From assembly GCA_002104905.1 (NCBI GenBank), contig MCFE01000024.1:62001-126000 (forward strand): a stretch of DNA of 64,000 bases, in the 5' to 3' direction. This document shows positions 24,742 to 37,531 of the stretch, piece by piece. Every line of letters begins with the position of its first letter. Position 1 is the stretch's first letter. Below the pieces are notes generated by a model, which saw only the letters and a program-made list of their open reading frames with translations, was not told the origin of the DNA and did not search any database. Both the position numbers and the translations under genes were made by a program. This DNA is from Basidiobolus meristosporus CBS 931.73. Taxonomy: Eukaryota; Fungi; Basidiobolomycota.

Positions 24742-25881
24742 TTACGAAACAATACAGTCGCCTTGGTCATGCTTCTCCTTCCGTCGTATTGTCCCAATAT
24801 CACGTCTTCGTGGAGTTACGCTGGGGCCGTTGGCTAATCTTCGCTGCGCATCCTGACTACCGTGAGCAGCAGCCTTGAGGTACCAGTTGTTTGCATTATG
24901 GGAATCCATTGGAACTCCAACTCCAATCTCGTAATAACAGCCCATCGCGAACTCCGCCTTCGGCAAGCCTTTTGAGGCAGCTTGGAAGCACCAATTGTAA
25001 GCTAGATCATCGTTTTGTTCGAGGATCCCTTCAGCCCCACTGGCAAACCAGCCACTCAAGCCCATCTGGCAATCTGGGTTTCCTTTCTCTGCGCCTTCTC
25101 TATAATACTCTATCGACTTGATCGGGTCCACAGAATAGCCAAGCTCCCCAAACTCATAACAAGCACCCAGTCGAAACAGAGCAGGACTATATCCAAGATT
25201 TGCCGCCTTTTCTATGTATTCCTGGCCCATTTCCAGGTCATGATGAAGTGTACTAATGTCCACTTTCTTGAAGTCGCCCGCAAGAATAATACCATAGAGG
25301 TAAGCACCGTCAGAACAATCCACATTAGCCTCTTTTGCAGAGCGAGCCAAGTAAAGCATAGCCTGGTTTAAATGCTGCTTGAGCTTGATTTCTCCATATA
25401 GATATGCAGTACCTAGCCTATAGTTAGCGGATACATCTCCACCGCTGGCTGCCTTCAGATAAAACTGCACGGCTCTGCTGTACTCCTTCCTTCTTTCGTA
25501 AAACTCCCCCACCTTGAATGTGGATTTGACAAACCCACACTTCGACGAGCTTTTGTAAAGGGAGAGGGCTTTGTCGAGGTTCTGCGGGAAATTGTACATC
25601 CCTTGCTCCAGCCAGGTTGCGAAGATATACATGGCTTCTGGGTGGCCCGCTTTTTGCAATCTTTTGATCCAGAAAATCGCTTCATCTAGCAGCTTTTTGA
25701 GCGAGGGGCTACCATCCTTAGCATTGGGGTCACCAAAAATTGTGGACGAAGATATCAAGTATTTAGCAAATTCCAATTGAATCCTTGGGTCATTGGTTTT
25801 TTTGGCAGTCTCCCGATACATTCCCAGGGCGGACTCTTCATTTACCAGGGTTAGGGAGGTACGTTGAGTCGCGGCTGACAT
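24742..25881 (-). CDS. Sel1-repeat protein, Skt5/Chs4-like chitin synthase regulator with C-terminal CAAX
   Basis: MYRETAKKTNDPRIQLEFAKYLI motif, multiple Sel1 repeats (AQFAMGCYYEIGVG-type), ends CIVS. The true 5' end is uncertain (see findings). Confidence 0.85.
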   Translation of the reverse strand: MSAATQRTSLTLVNEESALGMYRETAKKTNDPRIQLEFAKYLISSSTIFGDPNAKDGSPSLKKLLDEAIFWIKRLQKAGHPEAMYIFATWLEQGMYNFPQNLDKALSLYKSSSKCGFVKSTFKVGEFYERRKEYSRAVQFYLKAASGGDVSANYRLGTAYLYGEIKLKQHLNQAMLYLARSAKEANVDCSDGAYLYGIILAGDFKKVDISTLHHDLEMGQEYIEKAANLGYSPALFRLGACYEFGELGYSVDPIKSIEYYREGAEKGNPDCQMGLSGWFASGAEGILEQNDDLAYNWCFQAASKGLPKAEFAMGCYYEIGVGVPMDSHNANNWYLKAAAHGSQDAQRRLANGPSVTPRRRDIGTIRRKEKHDQGDCIVS

Positions 25882-27605
25882 TAATCGCTTTAATAGAGTA
25901 CTATAACCGGATGGGTTAGGTAAGATGGGGTTACAGTGGTCACGGTTAGGTGTACTTGGCGAAAAGTCTTATGGACAAAGTTCGAGGATCGATGTAGGTC
26001 TAGAGGGCGGACACTCGGAACTAATAGCCTTGCCAACAAGGGGCTGATAATCATCCGAAGCTCAAGAATCATCCGAGTCGCGTCTAATGGATGCATGATT
26101 ATTTACCGATGAATCCGAGCGAGTGTAGTGAGAGGACTGAATAGGATGCAGTGGATACTGATTTTCTTGGCTACTGCGCGATCTATCCAGACTGGAATTT
26201 AGGTTGTCGCGAATGGGTAGATCGGTGTTGGAATGATTTGTATGGATTGATATGTCGTGGTCTGAATCAGGTGATACATAAATTTGGTCATATCTTCCCC
26301 TCGGCCCTTTATCTATATCTGTACCCTCCGCTGATTCTTTGGAAGAATCTTCTAGTAAATACGTCTCAGCCTCTTCTGTTGCCAGGGAAGTAGAGACAAG
26401 CCAGCTGGATAGCGCCCATCGAGTGATCTGCCTATTCCTATGGTATGGTGGATTTGGATGAGTAATAGTCTGTCCTTTGAATGGGCTCAAATCGATAAGG
26501 TTCTTGGGATCAGTGCATAGGTGGGAGTGGAAGCGGTCTAGGTTGCCGGTCTCTTTGAACGGCTGCAATTCGTATATCAGAGGGCTATTAGGAACAGAGC
26601 TCTTGGGCAAAAGCATCAAGAGTAATTTAGTTATGGGAATAGTAGGGGATTGGCCTGTATATAATACAGGCCGTCACTGATGGTCAAGTGAGCATAAATA
26701 CCAAAGTAATTGAGGCAAAGTGCGACTAAATCTCGTTAAACTATATAAGTCGCACTATACTATAAATGGAGACCCGCGAAATTCAAGACCATAAAGATGA
26801 CGTTTGAAGAGCGATCCTTGGCAAATGTCGAAATGAACAATTAAATGGCTCTATGACCTAATCAACAAATCTGCCAAGCATCAGCTAAATGATGTGTGCG
26901 CATTTAATCAGATTCAGTTTAACTACTTGTCCGAATTTGTGGCAGACTTGCTCTTACTCATCCCCAGGTCTCAATCACATTGAACAGTACGCCTCGCCTA
27001 TCACTGGCAACGCACTCCATTACAATATTTCGAGGATTGGAGTGACTCGTAACAATCATTGGAACATATGGGAAACAGAAAGTAAATGGAGAAATGGTCG
27101 GTGAATAGCCGAAAAGTAAATGAAAAAGGAAAACCTTACAGCGCGTTTGGAAATATGTTGAGGCATTTGATTGCTCAATTGATAGGAAACATAATGCCAG
27201 AGATGGCCTGACAGGGTATACGGTGATATACAGGTATCCTAGCCGAAGACATATTTGGTAGTTGTCAAACTATTATGAGTGATTCCGAGTAAACGTCAAT
27301 TGGATCAGATGCTGGTTTGAATCTTTCTAGTTCCTCATTTTCGAATTCCAGAATTCGGTCACATAGAAACAATTAGATACCTGTCGAAAATCTCGATCGA
27401 ATGGCATTAACCATTCTTATGTCGTCTATTATTGTACTTGACTAGCTATTCAAAGGGCGTTTTCCATAAAACTGTATATCTATGATATCCAACTAATCTG
27501 GGTCAATCTTCTGATCACGAGCAATTATTTCTCTCACCCGAGTTCCCTTTAAAACCCCTCCTCTGCTCTGCCTGGGGAGTTTAATTTTTAGCATTCACTA
27601 TAACC

Positions 27606-28795
27606 ATGTCTTGTACGTAAGCCTTCTTCGTCGTCCTTATGTAGCAGTCCAACTAACCGTTAGCTTCTATCTTTTGCTTTCCAGCAATTCATCTGGCCTG
27701 CGACCTCGCCAAGAAAAAGGGAATTCCTTTGATGCGTCCTTTGGGGAGTGAGGATCTGAAATGGACTTTGGCGGGCGGTTCAGCTACCGAGAGTGCCACC
27801 TTCTACATTAAACTTGACGACGGTGGACTATTGTTTGTTCAATTGGCACACTCCAGTATTGGGTATGTTTGTCTCCACCAATACCGTGATCTTAAAAAGC
27901 TTTCTAACTTTTATCCTGTAGATTGAGTCCTACCGTTCAGACCACTGCCCAATATCTCTCTGACGGAGTTCACAAATTTGAAACTCTCAATCGTTCGTCC
28001 CGAACTTTCAAAACCTCTTCAGATAAAAGTTCGGTATCGGTTGAAGGTCTTTCTATTCAAAACAACCCCAAGAATCCTGGTTTAGACGTCAAAGCTTCCA
28101 TCAACGGTTTGAACGTCGAATTCAAGTTCTCCATCGTTGATTGCGGCTTTCAGATCGGTGAAGGCAAAACTTTCTTCAGGGAAATCACTGCCACAAATTT
28201 CATTTGTCACCAATCCTTCCCCAAAGGTTTGGTCAAGGGCACTGTTACATTTGATGGCCAGACTCGTCAAATCTCGGGCCAAGGGTATTATATCCACGCT
28301 GTGCTTGGTATGAAGCCTCACGAAGTAGCAACGAAATGTAATCTTATATCACTTCAAAGCGGGGACAACGCCCTAAGTTTACTCCACTTCGATACGCCCA
28401 ATTGCTTTGACAACATTCCTGTTACCCAATCATCTTTGATCTTGGATAACAAGCTGGTGGCTGTGACAGTACAGAATACGGCTCGATATGTGACCACCAA
28501 GACTGATCCGGAGAATGGCTATGAGGTTCCTACTGAAGTTCATTATACTATGGATGGTGATACGGTAGAAGGAAAGCCGTTCCATTGCGAAGCCACCATC
28601 AAGTTGTCGAATTTACTGACCAAGGTAGATGTCCTGAGCGAGCTGCCCTATATCCTCCGCAAAATCATCCAATATCTTTTCACCAAGCCATACGTCTATC
28701 AGTATTACGACGATGCAGAGGTTGTCGCCACACTTGGGGACGAAAAGGTGACCTTCAATGGCAAAGCCTTCTTTGAGTGTTCGTTTTTGAATTAA
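27606..28795 (+). CDS. SVF1: Survival factor 1 (Svf1) family protein, 3 exons
   Basis: DLKWTLAGGSATESATFYIKLDDGGLLFVQLAHSSIG, intron GTATGT..TAG, then the 290-aa frame ending LTKVDVLSELPYILRKIIQYLFTKPYVYQY..FFECSFLN. Confidence 0.85.
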
Positions 28796-28989
28796 TAACC
28801 TTCACCGCATGTTCTCTCGATAACCATTCATCTCAAACGTCCTTTGTCACCCTTTCATAACGATATATTACACATTTAGAAACTTCAACGCTCCCACTCA
28901 TTTCCCTCATCTTACAGCATTGTATTAAAGAATCATTCGAGTGAAGTAGATCAAACGTTGATACATTCTTACGTAATGTAGCGGAAATT

Positions 28990-30250
28990 TAGTGCGCAGA
29001 GGTACAGGTATTGCATCAGCGATTTGAAGTATAGTTAGGACTCCCAACAAATGCGATCCCTGTTATGGGAATGTAATAAATTCCTTTTTGGGGGGCTTTT
29101 AATTCGATAGTCCTAAACAGTACGACCATAAGGCTACCATTGATATGGTCTCATCATGTCAGGCCAATAGTAGTCTTCGTACATGAGTCATCGTTCATTG
29201 GTTTGGTGAGTCTAATACTAGACAACCAAGTAGTGTTCTGTAGGCTATAGAGCGGTACGGAATGATAGGAGCTGATTAACCAAAAATTGAGTATTTCTTG
29301 GAGATAGTAGGGCCAGCGCCAACAGTGCCAGTGATGAGAATCCATTATTTTCCAGTTATAGATACGAATAGCATCAAATGATTAAACTTCCTAGCTACTC
29401 TGACAAATATGTGCTGATAGCTGCCTAATATTAGCTCACACATTTCAGCTAAACATTTTCTTGGCAGAGATGGAAACAATACGGAGTAGAAGCTCAGGAA
29501 AAGATGCTATGACTAGTGCCACTAATTAAGCCAACACTCTGGATGACTTTTCATGGTTCTCTGTCCTGATGTGTGCGGTCCGAAGAGCCTGAAAAAGGAG
29601 TCTCCACCACGGCTCTGCTCCTTAACACATCAGCTTTAATTGAATTATCTTGCACAACACTGACAGATGCCAAGGCAAAATCGACCCATCCGAATTGGTG
29701 GACCGTGGCACGAAATAAGCGGAGGTGGAATGTGTACTGACCATTCTGTCAACTGAACCTGTCATCATGATCGCTGTTGACAATTCGTCTAGAGTTACAT
29801 TTTAGTCAAACGCACTTCTGCCTTGTCAGTTCAAACATCACTATTTGAAATCAGGCCAACGGAGATGACCTATTCTGGGGTCAATATATAATTTGTTTCA
29901 GAGAGCAATCATTTTCTCCGATGTTAAGACTGGGTTAGAATTCACGATCCCCAGTTCAAGATTCCCGAATGGATGCAGTAGTCAGAAATAGGGCAGTTGT
30001 TCCCAATAGAACGGTCCTGGAAGTGTTTCAAGCGTATCAACAATGCTACGATGAAGTGATTGTTTCGCTCACAACATTCAGTATTGTTGGACGATTGCCA
30101 TGGGTATGGATCAATGTGTTCTATTTCTCACCGTCGGATGACATATGATATGAACTCAGGAAAAATCGATGGATATGGTAATTCTCCTTAGACCAACCAG
30201 TCCTAGCTCGATTGACTTTCCCTCGCAATTCGCCCACCTAGAAATCTCCC
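28990..30250 (-). mobile_element. Decayed Ty3/gypsy pol relic (RT-RNaseH-integrase fragments)
   Basis: Stop-riddled fragments in pol order: DFAL (RNase H DASDFALG-like), IRTENH / ELLLRIVSISAK-like, and LMYEDYYWPDM (integrase H2C2-like). Confidence 0.4.
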
Positions 30251-31059
30251 AAGTGAGACAAGAAGCGCCCACTAAAAGGTAGGTAAATTCAATGACTCTG
30301 ATTCTCTAAGACAGCCTCTAATTTTATACTTCTAAACCCATGATGGATGGCGGGGTTAGAGTGTAACTTTATCAAATGATATGCAGACAAAAGGGGGGCG
30401 AGGGGAACGAACAACAGTAGTGGGAAGATCCTGGACCGTTGAACAGGTTTTTCCTGCTTTACAATACGGGATGAGGCTTGGAGCTGAGCTATCATTGCCC
30501 CGCTCACTGCTCACTGCTCCATGCTCCATACCCTGCTCTCTGTCCTCCAACCCCCATAGGGCAGGAAATCCCCATAGCGATGGCTAGCATTAGCATGAAA
30601 ATCTCGTTCATTACTCATCTTGCGGATGATCGATTCATACTCAGTGTGACCTGGCTGCGATTGGGTGATCTTCATACAGTCAGCACGGAATATCTGGTTT
30701 TAAAGAATTCAAAAGGGTTGGCGGTCTTGAGTGCTTACTTTATATTGGATTTAGATGCTTGGCTTATATTGGATTCAATTCCAAGGCATTAAAACCAATC
30801 AGCCGGTTGGAAATTGCCAGATTTCCGATAATCATCGAGAAGTCCACCAGAAAGGTGTGTTTTTGACCCGCATTTCGCACTCCTCCTCATTGTTCGTGTA
30901 ATCTCAATGAGGATAAACAATGCTGTGTGCCGAAGAATCTGCACCCTATAAATAATGGGTGGACCTTCACTCGAACATCCAATCCACCTTTTTCTCCCTC
31001 TATCTTAGTGATTAGGCTGTGTTATCAATTAACAGCAACTGCACACACAAGGTCTAGAT

Positions 31060-31902
31060 ATGAATGTACAGCAAATGCCAACTTCTCTTCTTCCAAAGAA
31101 GAAGAACTTTCGGGGGCGAGCCATCGGTGAACCACACAAACCTAAAGTGTTTCAATGTACCTTTGGCGATTGTCGGATGGTCTTCACCAGGGCCGAGCAT
31201 CTGGCAAGACACGAACGCAAACACACGGGAGAAAAACCCTTTCAGTGCATCATTCCCAACTGTAGCAGAATATTTAGTCGATTCGACAACATGATGCAAC
31301 ATGTTCAGACCCATAGCAGTAGGTCCGGAAAACCCCCCCTTTCTGGTTTGATGAGTAGTTTGTCATCTGGGAATCGTAGAAAGAATTCCACCAAACCATC
31401 ACAAACTGGGCATGATGCTTCCCGACTTGCCCCAAGCCTGATCCAGTCCCTGGGAATCCCATTGCTACCAAGTGAGCCACTGCTTCCTCCATTCCAGCCT
31501 ATGTTGGATGCCTCGTTCTATCCGAAATTGTCTCCTGTTACGGAGCTCAAATCAATCGACATGTTCAAACACTCCTCCGCTGAAAATAACATGTTGAAGC
31601 GTCGGTTCTCCCAGCCACATGCCATTGCTTATCAACATGAATTTTCACAAAAGCGTCGGCTATCACTTGACCCTAGTTTATTGGTGAACGTACAGTCAGC
31701 AGGACACTTTAACGTATCAGCAGGCGAGGGTGAAGCCCCCTCTCCGCAGGACAGTACAGCCTATTCGAATGGCTCATATCATAGCCTTGCAGTGGTTAGT
31801 GAGGAGGAACCTAATCCTCTTTATACCGCCCCCAATGGACTGACATGCAGTCGTGGGGCTTCTAGGAGACTTTCTGTCATGGATGTATGTAACTCGCCGT
31901 GA
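31060..31902 (+). CDS. Two-finger C2H2 transcription factor, Usv1/Rgm1/NsdC-like
   Basis: [55 protein letters not shown]; C-terminal RRLSVMDVC. Confidence 0.88.
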   Translation: MNVQQMPTSLLPKKKNFRGRAIGEPHKPKVFQCTFGDCRMVFTRAEHLARHERKHTGEKPFQCIIPNCSRIFSRFDNMMQHVQTHSSRSGKPPLSGLMSSLSSGNRRKNSTKPSQTGHDASRLAPSLIQSLGIPLLPSEPLLPPFQPMLDASFYPKLSPVTELKSIDMFKHSSAENNMLKRRFSQPHAIAYQHEFSQKRRLSLDPSLLVNVQSAGHFNVSAGEGEAPSPQDSTAYSNGSYHSLAVVSEEEPNPLYTAPNGLTCSRGASRRLSVMDVCNSP

Positions 31903-32032
31903 GTACCTGCAACCCAGTGCTCGTGACACGTTTGGTTTGATTTGTAGATCCAATCAACCGTCCGTTCATCATCACCCTCAACCAATATTTTAATCCAGTA
32001 ATCTTGTAGATACAATCTCTTACACCCTCATC

Positions 32033-32064
32033 TATATATATATATATATATATATACATATATA
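32033..32064. repeat. (TA)n microsatellite
   Basis: Direct reading; one CA interruption. Confidence 0.95.
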
Positions 32065-33054
32065 TTTTCTATTTGCCGTCTAGTCATGGTTTGTATGCTA
32101 TCCATCTCATGGCTGCTTCTAAAATAAACTTACTGTTTGTGTATTATAACTTGCGGTGTAACATCTGTAGAGAGCCATTGGTCAAGTCTCGAGGAGCAGT
32201 CTGTAACTACTGCTCTTGTCAACACCAAGATGTGTCACTGCACTCTGCGGCTGCGGGCTCAGGCACAGATGGAATGCTGATTAGATGATTCCTCATCTCA
32301 GGAACAGACACAATAGGAACCTTGGCTACTTGCTCAATGGCCTTCCCAATATGGCGAAATTCCTTGCGTCAGAACGCAAGGAACCGACCTAAGCCACCTG
32401 ATCTTTGGACTGGCAATTGATCTGTCGATGGCTTAGTGATTTGGGTGATATCTTCCTGAATAAATCGCGCGAAATCTGTGCGCCGTTGCTCAGATGAACA
32501 CAATGGTTGATCGGGTGAGCATTATGTTCCTCGGAAGGGTGGCACCATCCAACAAAATATTCCCAGCCTACAAGTTTCTGGTCTCAGGACAGAACAAAGG
32601 ATTCGGTGTTCGCAGGGGAGTTTTCGAACAAGTCAGTGTCGGCCAAGAAATCCGTTAGCAGTTACCCAGGCTTGACGTCGCTCCACCCCATTACCATATG
32701 TGTCGTAACAAGGAGCATTTTGTGATTCATTCCCGTGCCACCCAACCGGATTTCCATTTCAGCAAGGTGATGATTGCTTCATGTAACTGAGCGACACCAT
32801 TGCCAACCGGACCAGAGGATGTCAAGTGACACTTGCTCTGACAGGTGACATTCAGTCCACGAACACAGCCTGCGCCGCACCCCCTTTTCCCACTCTTCGT
32901 CAGGCTCAGCCATTGTGTACAAAATAGTCTAGTCCAGCCATACGCTCATCTAGTGACACCAGATTGGTAGGTAGGGGTTTATTTTGTATAGTAATAACAG
33001 TTTGGATTAATGTATACAAGGAATCAACAAAACCACTCGAAAATTTCTGTCCGT

Positions 33055-34500
33055 CTATGTTTCTCGCCGTTTCACGCCTCGGAGTAGCCCGGTACACAGT
33101 TCGATTTGGTTCTGACATCAAGATGATTAGAGATGCGGGACAGTTATGAATGATGGTTCTATCCCGAACTTACCCAATCGACCGACCACACCTCCCCGAA
33201 TTCCAGATCTATCCCCTTCTCCTCCGTGACCAGGCTGAGGGCGGAGATGGTGAGTACGGAGGCGGAAAACTCCAGGAACCTCCAATCTGTTGGGTGAATG
33301 GATTAGTACTCTCCAATGTGCCAAACATGAAGAATCGCCATACCAACGACTGCTATAAGCCAGCACTTCTCAATGAAATCAAGCAGCAGCTCCATCACAT
33401 CAGAACTCACCAACTCGGCGAGTATCATATAAGGAGTGATCACCGAGGTGGACCAGTCTAGCAGTTTAAGCAGCTCTTTCTCGTATGTCTTTTCCATCAA
33501 GTGACAAAAATATTAGTAATGTTCCCGTGCTGGAGATCAGCCACAACCGTGAATACCCGTAACGCAGCCGTCTCCAGACGGCACACCCGGCCTACCCGGT
33601 GAATGAGCCCATCCAACTCTTCCTCGCACGATTTCCCTGCAATCACGAAGCTGGCGATGGCTAGATTTCTAGGGCCCACCTGGCAGGCTACAGCGCAGTT
33701 GGTCAGACACTGGATGAAATAGGATGTGGCGTGAAAAACGGTCTCGATGTGAAAGTTGAATTCCTGTGTTAACTGAATGACGGGTGAGTCAGGGCAGATG
33801 AATGGGGCCAGAGGGCATTTACCTGCAGTATGATGTCAATTCCTATTCTCCAGTCGGCCTCGACGATCTTGTCCAGGTTTGAATATTCTTTTTCCATGTA
33901 CAGCATCTTCCGAAACGAGTCCGTTGTCTTGAGTCGTATCCAGTACTTCTCGACCTCGTATTCCGGTTCCAGGGTGACCGGGGAGCTTGTGTACTCGATG
34001 TATGTGCCGCAATCGGTGAACTCCAAACATTCCCCGTACCGGCTTTGGGATTCAGGAGAGAGGTTAGTAGACATCCAACAGCATTCAGTAGAGATCAACC
34101 GATGCGGTTCGATTACCACCACATCACAATTCACCTCGCGAGTCTTTTTACGTGTCGGGCTGGAGTAGACTAGTGGCTCGGGAAACACATTGAAGTTGTC
34201 TTGTGAGTAAGGGGTGGAGTTAGCCGAGGAGAATGGCGAGAGCTCTTGGACTTTCAACGGCACAACGTGCTCCAGGTTTGTGCTAAGCCGAGGCTTTTGG
34301 GAAGTTAATCCACTCACGCGCAATGGCTCGGAAAACCCCAAGCCAGGTCGCTTCAGGCTGTTGCCAGTCATTACTGTGAGGTCGTTGACTATCTGCTTGA
34401 TGGAGAAAAAGTGGGCTTCCGCAAGGCCGAAGTCTTCCGTATAGTCGCTGCTGTCGAATTCATTCCAATCTTCCGGATCGTATCTACTTGAGTAGGACAT
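33055..34500 (-). CDS. Divergent cyclin (Cyclin_N + Cyclin_C), multi-exon
   Basis: Spliced: ETVFHATSYFIQCL, LAIASFVIAGKSCEE, YEKELLKLLDWSTSVITPY, DWRFLEFSASVLTISAL, QIELCTGLL. First in-frame ATG at 34500; stop at 33055. Confidence 0.75.
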
Positions 34501-34911
34501 CGTATCGTCGGCAATTTCTAAGTCGACCAAACCAATTCCACTCAAAGTTTGGAGCCCATTTGCGCAGTCCACATCATTTATACCAACCTGGTCATCCTGT
34601 GCCAATCATAGCTAGCTAGGCGGGGACTACATCCCAGAAGGATCAACTGCATCGTGGGCCGACACGTTTAATGTGCTCCATGCAGAGAAGGATGGTCATC
34701 ATGAGGATTAGGCTGCACGCATCCGACTGCATGATACGGCTCATATCTGCCTCAGCCATGGCTGATTTTGGGAATCAGGGATCAACAAATCCAACCACCT
34801 ATTCACCTATAAAATCCCAGATCCCTGCTACGAAACCAGGGATGGTGCATACTTCCACCCACCCGTCATCTCCACCACCTTTTAGTTTGACCCGCCCATT
34901 TGTCTGGAGAG

Positions 34912-36364
34912 ATGCCATTAGTGAAATTTTCGACGTTCGGTTGGGTTTGTCAGAAGATCGGTTTTCTCGTCGTACTGGGAATCTTATTCTTCCTGATCAC
35001 TTTGTTCTCCCGTATCTCCCCACGCAGGGCCGAATTCGACGTGGAGTATACCTTGCACTCGAGTCCCTCGCCAGAGGAAGAGGAGTTGGCCTCATATGTG
35101 GATAAGTATGTCCCACCACGGTGTCCCTCCGAGCTGGCTCTTCTGACTAGAGACGAGCTGGCAAGAAAGAACTTCTATTTCGACTGCGAGGTGTTGACAA
35201 GGCCAGGGCTCACTCATTGGCGAGTGTTGAACTGCAAGAGCACCGAGCGTTGTGGCCTGGGACACTTGTTGGTCCAGCCTTACGATTACACTAAATGCCA
35301 GCAGCTCAAAGGCGAAGTACTCAGTATGAATCAAACATTCGACTCATTTTTGAAAGTGGAGTTTGGCCCAGATGCCTTCTTGGCCAGAATCCATGGAAGT
35401 CAATTGTACGCCATGGATCAGTGGATCTTCACCGATGACTGTACATACAAATTCCCTTATCATCTGCCCTTTAAATCGGGTCTGTTCCTTGACCTAATCC
35501 ACCTTGGATCCGGGTACAATGCCATTAGCGAGATGCGAAATTCCAAGGGTGCAACTTCCCAAACGATCCTCAAGAACCACGCGCTGCATCTGTGCGATGA
35601 ATGTGTTCCCACCAGCCTCTCCCACGACATGCCGGCTTGCCAGCCCAACCAAGAGCTCAATGGGATCCTGGAGACCACTGCAGACGGGAGGACCACGTGG
35701 AGGCCAGCGGGGTGCATCCCACCTACCGTGGATGGAGGTTGTCTGGTCAGCAAACGAAGAATAATCTTCTTGGGGGACCCGTTCCTCCACGGCGTGATGA
35801 ATGAATTGTTTGGTAGATTCCCTTCAGATACAAACCAGCTCGTGGATCCTACCTCCACCATTCGGCAGGCGGGCAATGTGAAGGGGATCTTCCTGAAACA
35901 CTCGGGCTTCTTGACCACGGAATTGCTCACCGAAATCAAGCAAGCCGACACTGTGGTACTGAGTCTGCCTAGAAACCAGGACAAAGCCATGTCGGACTAC
36001 GTTGAGGTAATGCCGCCATATTATTGACAACCACCCAATTCACTAACCTAGCCTCAACCTGTAGCAAGGAGCCCACCTCATTGAACAGATCCTGTCTATA
36101 TCAGAAACACCGCTAACCATCTACAAAGTTGACAACGGCGTACCGTATCAAGCCGGCGATCCCTGGCCACAAATCTACCGCGAGCAACTGGGGAACCGAC
36201 TAATCTCGGCACGATTCCACCCTTCTCCGAACTTCCACTCCATTCACGCCTTCCAGGAATCCCTTTCACTATTCGATATGGACTTGATTCACCCAAATCG
36301 GGAGGCTCTCTGGGCCTCCATTCTGGTGAATCGACTGTTGGTGAAGTTGAAGTTCTGCGAGTAG
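34912..36364 (+). CDS. Type II membrane protein with SGNH/PC-esterase (TBL/Cas1-like) domain, 2 exons
   Basis: TM IGFLVVLGILFFLITLF; RRIIFLGDPFLHGVM (block I-like); intron after 36006; DLIHP (block V DxxH); stop at 36364. Confidence 0.6.
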
Positions 36365-37066
36365 TGTTCGTCCACCTTTTTGTACCATCTCATCATCCAT
36401 TCTGCAATTTACCCTAAATAAATCTTCTCCCATATTTTATTGATTTTGATGCCCTAATGACAGCTTGTGGTGCGAGATTATCGGAGAGGGTGCTCTCAAA
36501 AAGCCTCCCTCTTGTACATCAAATACAAGAGATTCAATATCACTGGACTTGAAGTACCAACGCCTCAATCCATTGTTGCAAATCATGATTTGCATCTGGG
36601 CATTGCTGTTGTGAGATCTAGAATATTGGCACAAATATCATATTATAAAAAGGGGTGTTGATGTATCATCTTGCAGATCTAATATCTCCCCCAATGTATC
36701 CATGATCAATGACCAGGAGCTTGCTGTTAGTGCTTTAGAAATATTGGAGGTAATAAGGCAATTAAGTAGATTACATGTTTACAGCAACAGCTACAGCAGA
36801 TACTTAACAAACAGTATGAAGGAGAAATAAACATGTCCCAGAGTTGGCAGAGCACTGTCAAATGTACTACTGGTGTTGTAGCTGCTTGAAATCATGACTA
36901 GGTGAGTGAGGGTTCTTGGGCTGGGCTACTTCAGATAGAAGAAGCATATGAAACCAAATGAACCACCCCCAAGAACAAGCTCTATTACTCAGTTTTTTAC
37001 TGGACAAATCAAAGACTTCAATGACACCTTTGAAAGCTTAGGCTAGCTACTATAATGGGATGTTCA

Positions 37067-37412
37067 GCTTGTAAGCTTTTGGAGATACTGGCTACAATTG
37101 GGAGGACAAGTAGATTATATGGTTCTCACTCTATGATTAATTGATTACCAAAGTAGTATTTATACTTTTACATGGTCTTGGCAGAACAGACACATATGAT
37201 AGGTTCCAGGAGGTCCCAAGACCATGTGTGCAGAGTCTGGGGCTGCCTCAACAATATATCAAAATTTGTGTTCTGGGTACCTGAAGTTTAGTGCAAAAGT
37301 TCTAAGTAAATCCCAGCTAGAAGCTTGGTCAGAGTTTTCCTAGATTTGTAGGTAATGATATTAATGACCAAGCTAAGCTAATATGGAGGTGCAATTATGA
37401 AATTCTCAACAC
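37067..37412 (-). repeat. Old diverged solo LTR of the copia family (boundaries approximate)
   Basis: Collinear reverse-complement similarity to the 348-bp LTR with many substitutions. Confidence 0.7.
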
Positions 37413-37531
37413 AACTATTACTACCTTGAATATGTTTGAACTTGGAATCCAAGATGCTTTTGAGTTACCTTACCACTAGGCTCTACTTCATTTTCCAAGC
37501 TTGGATCATGATTGAATCTGCAGCATCACAT

